DNA of 64,000 nt, taken from positions 64,001 through 128,000 of the forward strand of contig CAXXMB010000002.1 in assembly GCA_963668675.2 (NCBI GenBank), in the 5' to 3' direction. The notes below the pieces were generated by a model. That model was not told the DNA's origin, searched no databases, and saw only the letters and a program-made list of their open reading frames with translations. This document shows, piece after piece, positions 58,375-64,000 of this stretch. Every line of letters starts with the position of its first letter. Within the stretch, counting starts at the first letter, position 1. The stretch comes from an uncultured Desulfatitalea sp. GTDB taxonomy: Bacteria; Desulfobacterota; Desulfobacteria; Desulfobacterales; Desulfosarcinaceae. The translations under genes were made by a program, and so were the position numbers.

Positions 58375-61300
58375 ATGACATCTTCTATACCGCTTCGCCG
58401 TTACCTCTCATTGCAGTTCGGTATCATAGCCGCCTCTCCGGTAATCGTCATCGCTTTTCTCTTTTGGCTGTTCCTAATGCCCCAAATGCGCGCCGATGTA
58501 GGGATAAAGCAGCGCGCGCTGGCTCGTGCCATTTCCGGTCAGATCTCTGCTCACCTCATGGGAGGCCAGCGCCAGCTCATGGCCCTTTCCAAATATGTGG
58601 AAAGCCTGGGACCCCATCCCGCGACAGGACTGTTTTCGCTGCTGGACACCCAGTGTGGAGAGGGAGAACTTTTTGAAACGATCTATATCGCCGGCCCGGA
58701 CGAAACGATCTACAGCCTGGGATTAAGCCACAAGCGACGCTCCAACCGAAACGATCTGCTCGGGCTCGATCTTTCCGGTCGCGCGTTCTACCATGAAGCT
58801 CGCATGACCCAAGTGTCGACATGGTCGGAGACATTTCTTTCAACTGCCAGCAGCCATCTGGCGGTTGCGCTTGCCATCCCGCTCGCCGAACGCATGATCA
58901 TCGGTGAAATCACGCTCGGCCAACTCTCAGAATTCATCAGTCACCTGCCGGCCGGTGCCGAACTGCTCACCATCGTTCTGGATCGAAACGGGCGCGTCGT
59001 TGCCGATTCCCGAAAATTACTCAGAGGCCAGCAGCTTAACCTGGACATGATGACCCAAAGCACGCCTCAAGTGAATAGAGGCGCTGAAGCGCGGCTTGTC
59101 TCAACCCCCTTCGAATTGAATGGTCAGCGGCTGATCGGAACGGTGGTTGAAATCGAAACATTGGGATGGCGGGTGCTGGTAGCCCAGCCGATTCATAAGG
59201 CCTACGGGCCGCTGAAGGCCGCTTTTATCATGTCCGCAATGGGACTGGCCGTAACCCTTGCGCTGGTTCTGGTCCTGGCATGGTTCCGGGCCGGCAACCT
59301 CTCCCGACTATTTCAACTGTATGCAGGACACGCGCAATGCATCGCCCAAGGAAACTACGATCTTGAATGGCCCACCTCGAAAACTGAAGAATTCGCCCAG
59401 CTGGGACAAAATCTGGATGTCATGGCCAAACGAATCAGCCAGCGAGAAAGGGAGATCGTTGCCAATGAGACCCAGTTGCGCATAACGCTGAACTCTATTG
59501 GCGATGCCGTGATTGCCACCGATAAAAATGGAGCAATCACCCGAATGAATCCCATGGCTGAGCAATTGACCGGATGGTCGCTTGAAACGGCCGCCGGGCA
59601 GCCGTTGGCCGAAGTGTTCCATATCGTCAATGCCTATACCCGCCAAGAGGTAGCCAATCCGGTGAAAAAGGTACTTGCCACCGGAGAGATTGTCGGCCTG
59701 GCCAATCACACCATGCTGATCTCCAAGGATGGCCGGGAGTACCAAGTTTCAGACAGCGGGGCGCCCATCCGCCATCCCGATGGCCGCATCGTTGGCGTGG
59801 TGCTCGTATTCAGGGATGTGACCGAAAGCTATGTGAAGGACCAACGCATCCGCGAAAATGAAAAGATGCTCAAAGATATCACCGCCAATGTGCCCGGTGT
59901 GGTCTATCAGGTCGAGTTCGACCGCAAACGTGAATATGCCAATGCCTATGTGAGCGAAAAAGCAGAAGAGTTGATCGGCCTCGATATAAAGCCGGAAACT
60001 TTCTACGCCGACTTCCTGACCCATCTCCCTGAGCATGACCGGCAGAGCTTTGCCGCCTCAATCCGTGAGGCGGTAGATCATGTCAAACCATGGCAATACG
60101 AAGGCAAGCTGATCAAACCCGACGGAGAAGAGATGTGGTTCTCCACAAGCGCGACTACCCATAAAAAAAACGACACGGTTGTACTATACGGGGTTTTGAT
60201 AGACATCACCGAAAACAAACAGTTGGAAGAGTCCCTGCGCCTCACCCAGTTCTGCTTCGACAAAGCCTCCATCGGCATCTTCCGGATCGGTGACGAGGGA
60301 CAGATTCTCGACGTCAACGAACAGGCCTGCCTCAGCCTCGGTTACTCTAAAAAAGAGCTCTGCAACCTCACTGTTTTTGATATTGACCCCAATTCCAGCT
60401 CCGAGATATGGCCGGATCACATTCAAAACCTCCGAAAAATTAAAACACGCAGCATCGAAACCCAGCATAAACGTAAAAACGGGGATCTCATCCCGGTACA
60501 GATCCTGATCAATGTGATGACCTTTGAAGGCCAGGAGTTTCGTATCGCTTATGTTCAGGACATTTCCGAAAGAAAAAAGGCTGAAAAAGAGACCCAACGC
60601 CTCGAATCGGCATTGCTGCAGGCCCAGAAGATGGAGGCCATCGGAACCCTGGCCGGTGGTATTGCTCACGACTTCAACAACATCCTCTCTGCGGTGATAG
60701 GTTATACGGAGTTGTCCCTCTGGAATACGGATCGGGACGCCCCGGTCTATCAAAATTTGCGCAAGATTTTGACAGCCGGCATGCGCGCCCGGGATCTGGT
60801 CGAGCAGATTCTCACCTTCAGCCGCAAGGCCGAGCGTGAGCTGAAGCCCCTCCAGGTCGGCCCCCTCGTCAAAGAGGCACTCAAACTGCTGCGCTCGTCC
60901 CTTCCAACCACCATTGAAATAGCGCAGGAGATCGACGACCATACGGACAATGTTATGGCCGACCCGACTCAGATCCACCAGATCATCATAAACCTGTGCA
61001 CCAATGCAGCCCATGCCATGGATACCGGGGGCGGGCAAATGAAAATCAGCCTGTCGCAGGTCAAACTCAGCGAACATGATATCCGGTTGCATCCGGGACT
61101 CAATCCTGGCGATTATCTCAAACTTGCTGTCCAGGATACCGGCACGGGCATCCCTGCTGACATCATTGCAAAAATCTACGATCCCTATTTTACCACCAAA
61201 CAGAAAGGCAAAGGAACCGGTCTGGGGCTGGCCGTGGTGCACGGCATCGTCAAAGGTTATGGCGGAGCAATTTTTGTCTACAGTGAATCGCCCGGCGGCA

Positions 61301-61752
61301 CCACATTCAATATTTACCTCCCGACGGTGAAGGGGGAGACGGCACTTCAAACAATACCTCCCCACACACTTCCCAGAGGCACCGAACATATTCTGATCGT
61401 CGATGATGAAGCCCTTCTGATCGATGTGCTGCAGCAGATGCTGGAGAATCTTGGTTACCGGGTCTCTGCAACCAACGACGGTAAAACAGCATTGGAGATG
61501 TACTGCCGGAAGCCGGACGCTTTCGATCTGGTGCTGACCGACATGACCATGCCCAAAATGACCGGTGACGAGCTTGCGTCCGAGCTTCTGAAAATCAACG
61601 CCGACCTCCCCATTATTTTGTGCACCGGCTACAGCGCCAAAATCTCTGCCGAAACAGCCTTGAGAATGGGCATCAGGGCCTTTATCTACAAACCGATCGT
61701 TGAGATTGACCTGGCCAATATCGTACGCAATGTTCTGGATGGCGTACCATAG
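58375..61752 (+). CDS. Hybrid sensor histidine kinase (Cache-like, HAMP, three PAS, HisKA/HATPase, receiver)
   Basis: Two TM helices; AHDFNN H-box, NLCTNA, DTGTG, GTGLGL; receiver IVDDE...TDMTMP...YKP. Confidence 0.93.
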   Translation: MTSSIPLRRYLSLQFGIIAASPVIVIAFLFWLFLMPQMRADVGIKQRALARAISGQISAHLMGGQRQLMALSKYVESLGPHPATGLFSLLDTQCGEGELFETIYIAGPDETIYSLGLSHKRRSNRNDLLGLDLSGRAFYHEARMTQVSTWSETFLSTASSHLAVALAIPLAERMIIGEITLGQLSEFISHLPAGAELLTIVLDRNGRVVADSRKLLRGQQLNLDMMTQSTPQVNRGAEARLVSTPFELNGQRLIGTVVEIETLGWRVLVAQPIHKAYGPLKAAFIMSAMGLAVTLALVLVLAWFRAGNLSRLFQLYAGHAQCIAQGNYDLEWPTSKTEEFAQLGQNLDVMAKRISQREREIVANETQLRITLNSIGDAVIATDKNGAITRMNPMAEQLTGWSLETAAGQPLAEVFHIVNAYTRQEVANPVKKVLATGEIVGLANHTMLISKDGREYQVSDSGAPIRHPDGRIVGVVLVFRDVTESYVKDQRIRENEKMLKDITANVPGVVYQVEFDRKREYANAYVSEKAEELIGLDIKPETFYADFLTHLPEHDRQSFAASIREAVDHVKPWQYEGKLIKPDGEEMWFSTSATTHKKNDTVVLYGVLIDITENKQLEESLRLTQFCFDKASIGIFRIGDEGQILDVNEQACLSLGYSKKELCNLTVFDIDPNSSSEIWPDHIQNLRKIKTRSIETQHKRKNGDLIPVQILINVMTFEGQEFRIAYVQDISERKKAEKETQRLESALLQAQKMEAIGTLAGGIAHDFNNILSAVIGYTELSLWNTDRDAPVYQNLRKILTAGMRARDLVEQILTFSRKAERELKPLQVGPLVKEALKLLRSSLPTTIEIAQEIDDHTDNVMADPTQIHQIIINLCTNAAHAMDTGGGQMKISLSQVKLSEHDIRLHPGLNPGDYLKLAVQDTGTGIPADIIAKIYDPYFTTKQKGKGTGLGLAVVHGIVKGYGGAIFVYSESPGGTTFNIYLPTVKGETALQTIPPHTLPRGTEHILIVDDEALLIDVLQQMLENLGYRVSATNDGKTALEMYCRKPDAFDLVLTDMTMPKMTGDELASELLKINADLPIILCTGYSAKISAETALRMGIRAFIYKPIVEIDLANIVRNVLDGVP

Positions 61753-61982
61753 AGATTAAAGTACTGGGCCCCGGATGCCCCAGATGCGAACATACCCTTA
61801 AAGTGGTGGAGGCGGCTGTGAATGAGGCCGGCATCAGTGCCAATATCGAAAGAGTGACCGATTTGATGCAAATTGCCGGCTGCGGGGTCTTCGGTACGCC
61901 TGCGGTGGTCATCGATGGGGATGTGAAGTCGGTGGGGAAGATCCCTGCCAAAGAGGATGTAAAATCCTGGTTGGAAACCTGA
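61749..61982 (+). CDS. Small thioredoxin-like redox-active disulfide protein (MTH895-like) with ATA start; absent from the ORF track
   Basis: Manual translation (I/M)[19 protein letters not shown]...[12 protein letters not shown]...WLET*, 77 aa; in-frame stop at 61707 upstream. Confidence 0.85.
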   Translation: MEIKVLGPGCPRCEHTLKVVEAAVNEAGISANIERVTDLMQIAGCGVFGTPAVVIDGDVKSVGKIPAKEDVKSWLET

Positions 61983-62001
61983 CATCATTCCTGGAGACAG
62001 C

Positions 62002-63093
62002 ATGGCTGGCACTGCAGAGAGACGACTGAACTTCCTCGACCGATATCTCACCCTTTGGATCTTCCTGGCGATGTTCATCGGCGTGGGATCCGGCTATTTT
62101 TTTCCGGGGATAAAGACTTTCATCAATCGCTTTTCCGTGGGCACCACCAATATACCCATTGCCCTGGGTCTGATCCTGATGATGTATCCGCCGCTGGCCA
62201 AGGTGAAGTATGAAAAATTGGGGTTCGTCTTCCGCGATGTCAAAATATTGTTCTTGTCTCTCGTGCAAAACTGGGTTGTCGGTCCGATCCTGATGTTCGT
62301 GCTGGCTATCGTCTTTTTGTCAGGCCACCAGGCATACATGACGGGGCTCATCCTCATCGGGCTGGCCCGCTGCATTGCCATGGTCATCGTCTGGAACGAT
62401 CTGGCCGGAGGCGACAGAGAGTACTGCGCCGGACTGGTGGCTTTCAACTCCATCTTCCAGGTGCTCTTCTTCTCCTTCTACGCCTACATCTTCATCACCG
62501 TTCTGCCCGGGTGGGTCGGCCTGGAGGGCATGGAGGTGGACATCTCCATCGGCCAGATAGCAGAGAGCGTCTTTATCTACCTGGGCATCCCCTTCATCGC
62601 CGGCGTAATCTCGCGCATCATCGGTTTAAAAACGGTCGGGGCAGAGCGCTATGAGACGCGATTCATCCCCAAAATCAGCCCTATCACCCTCATCGCCCTT
62701 CTGTTCACGATCCTGGTGATGTTCTCCCTCAAGGGAGAATTCATCGTCCAACTGCCTTCCGATGTGCTGCGGGTGGCCATTCCGCTGTGCATCTACTTCG
62801 TGATCATGTTCTTCGTCTCGTTCTGGCTCTCCATGAAATCCAAGGCGACCTATGAGCAGGCCACCACCCTCTCGTTCACTGCGGCCTCCAACAACTTCGA
62901 GTTGGCCATCGCCGTTGCTGTGGCCGTGTTCGGCATCGACTCGGGCCAGGCCTTTGCCGCCGTCATCGGTCCGCTGGTGGAGGTGCCGGTGCTGATCGCC
63001 CTGGTCAATGCCGCCGTATGGTTCAAACGCAAATACTTCCCCTATGCGGTAGAGACGCCCGCCGGAGTCTGCCATGTGACGCGCAGGCCGTAG
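62002..63093 (+). CDS. acr3: Arsenite efflux transporter Acr3
   Basis: [35 protein letters not shown] and GPLVEVP motifs. Confidence 0.95.
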   Translation: MAGTAERRLNFLDRYLTLWIFLAMFIGVGSGYFFPGIKTFINRFSVGTTNIPIALGLILMMYPPLAKVKYEKLGFVFRDVKILFLSLVQNWVVGPILMFVLAIVFLSGHQAYMTGLILIGLARCIAMVIVWNDLAGGDREYCAGLVAFNSIFQVLFFSFYAYIFITVLPGWVGLEGMEVDISIGQIAESVFIYLGIPFIAGVISRIIGLKTVGAERYETRFIPKISPITLIALLFTILVMFSLKGEFIVQLPSDVLRVAIPLCIYFVIMFFVSFWLSMKSKATYEQATTLSFTAASNNFELAIAVAVAVFGIDSGQAFAAVIGPLVEVPVLIALVNAAVWFKRKYFPYAVETPAGVCHVTRRP

Positions 63094-63214
63094 AAGCATA
63101 CCTCTATGTCGCAATTTTATAGAAGCAGGCAAGGCTTTGTACCCAAGGCCCACAATTTAGGTGCCATGCAACGGGTGCTTGGGCAGCGCGCCACTTTTGC
63201 CATTAACAGGCCAT

Positions 63215-63269
63215 GTAGGGGCGGGCTTTACGCCCGCCCAGGCGGCAGTAAAAACACATCAAGTTGATA
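63215..63269 (+). repeat. GTAG-type REP-like palindrome with conserved flank
   Basis: GTAGGGGCGGGCTTTACGCCCGCCC...CAAGTTGATA; homologous to the inverted copy at 13311-13370. Confidence 0.8.
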
Positions 63270-63354
63270 CCCCTGGTGTAAACACAGATATAGGAACAAC
63301 CGACAAAAGTGAGGCTGTCAGATCACGCCCGGCATAACGTTTTTGTGTAACCGA

Positions 63355-63447
63355 CTCCCCCCCTTTTCCAAAGGGGGGCGGGGGGGATTTAGCTGATCCT
63401 CAATACACTGAAATCCCCCTAAATCCCCCTTTAGAAAAGGGGGACTT
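63355..63447. repeat. Inverted pair of C-run/G-run REP-like palindromes
   Basis: CTCCCCCCCTTTTCCAAAGGGGGGCGGGGGGGATTT and AAATCCCCCTAAATCCCCCTTTAGAAAAGGGGGACTT. Confidence 0.8.
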
Positions 63448-63572
63448 TCCCGTTGAATCGTAATGAGATTGGATCAAAGAATAAAATACGTTGCACAGGC
63501 CAATCATTGCTGCAGTTCGGGCACTTAAGCTTTATGGAGAACCGTATTCATCAAAACGTTCGGTGGACAGAT

Positions 63573-64000
63573 TTAACGATTGTTAATTTCGGCAAGGGGC
63601 AGTGGTCTGCCGTAGAAGAATCCCTGGGCCAGATCGAAACCCAGCTCTTGGCACTTCTCAGCTTCATCGAGGCACTCGATCCCTTCGGCAAGCGCCGCAA
63701 TCCCAAGATCCTTGGTGGCTTTGACAAAGGTTGAAACCATCTGATGCAAACGTTTAGGGGCGAGATGGATTCCCCTGATCAGGGAGATATCGAACTTAAG
63801 ATAGTCCGGCGGCACCTTCGCCAGTTCGACCAAACGGGTCTGGCCAACACCAAAGTCATCGAAAGCCAATGCGATGTTCAGATCCACGAGCGCACTGCGC
63901 AGCCGGGACATCTCATTCGTGTCGCTGGCCGCCTTCTCATTGATCTCCAGGACGATGGCGTTGGGTGATGCCATCTCATGGATCTTCTCCATCGACGCCA
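63573..64000 (-). CDS. EAL-domain c-di-GMP phosphodiesterase, C-terminal part (runs off window)
   Basis: VLEINE, FDDFGVG, YLKFD, AEGIE and AQGFFY motifs. Confidence 0.9.
   Translation of the reverse strand, partial: ASMEKIHEMASPNAIVLEINEKAASDTNEMSRLRSALVDLNIALAFDDFGVGQTRLVELAKVPPDYLKFDISLIRGIHLAPKRLHQMVSTFVKATKDLGIAALAEGIECLDEAEKCQELGFDLAQGFFYGRPLPLAEINNR

Overview
Gene-dense chromosomal window from a GC-rich anaerobe. Gene content and intergenic repeats suggest a Desulfobacterales-like deltaproteobacterium (inferred, not demonstrated). Housekeeping genes are queF, sppA, polA, hrpA, a cold-shock protein, a PPIase and a type-2 valS. Other loci are a purine/MTA salvage cluster (PNP, two tandem MtaD-like deaminases, ade, mtnA), a CoA-transferase/acyl-CoA synthetase cluster, an RND pump, an SmtB-P1B ATPase metal locus with its operator, and a binding protein plus hybrid kinase followed by Acr3. 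Best leads: (1) a flavoprotein disulfide reductase with an in-frame UGA exactly at the catalytic Cys42 position and a SECIS-like hairpin, i.e. a hidden selenoprotein; (2) a HydC/HydB-type bifurcating module with no hydrogenase or formate dehydrogenase subunit, linked to a membrane-anchored RnfB-GltD/NfnB fusion and RseC; (3) a Ser/Thr kinase paired with a 906-aa protein carrying a Gly-rich repeat and a degenerate GGDEF with intact RxxD site; (4) an intact thioredoxin-like gene whose only possible start is ATA; (5) several REP/MITE-like composite elements and a 195-bp hairpin. No rRNA, tRNA, CRISPR array, transposase or integrase was seen. All calls come from motif reading; no database search was run.
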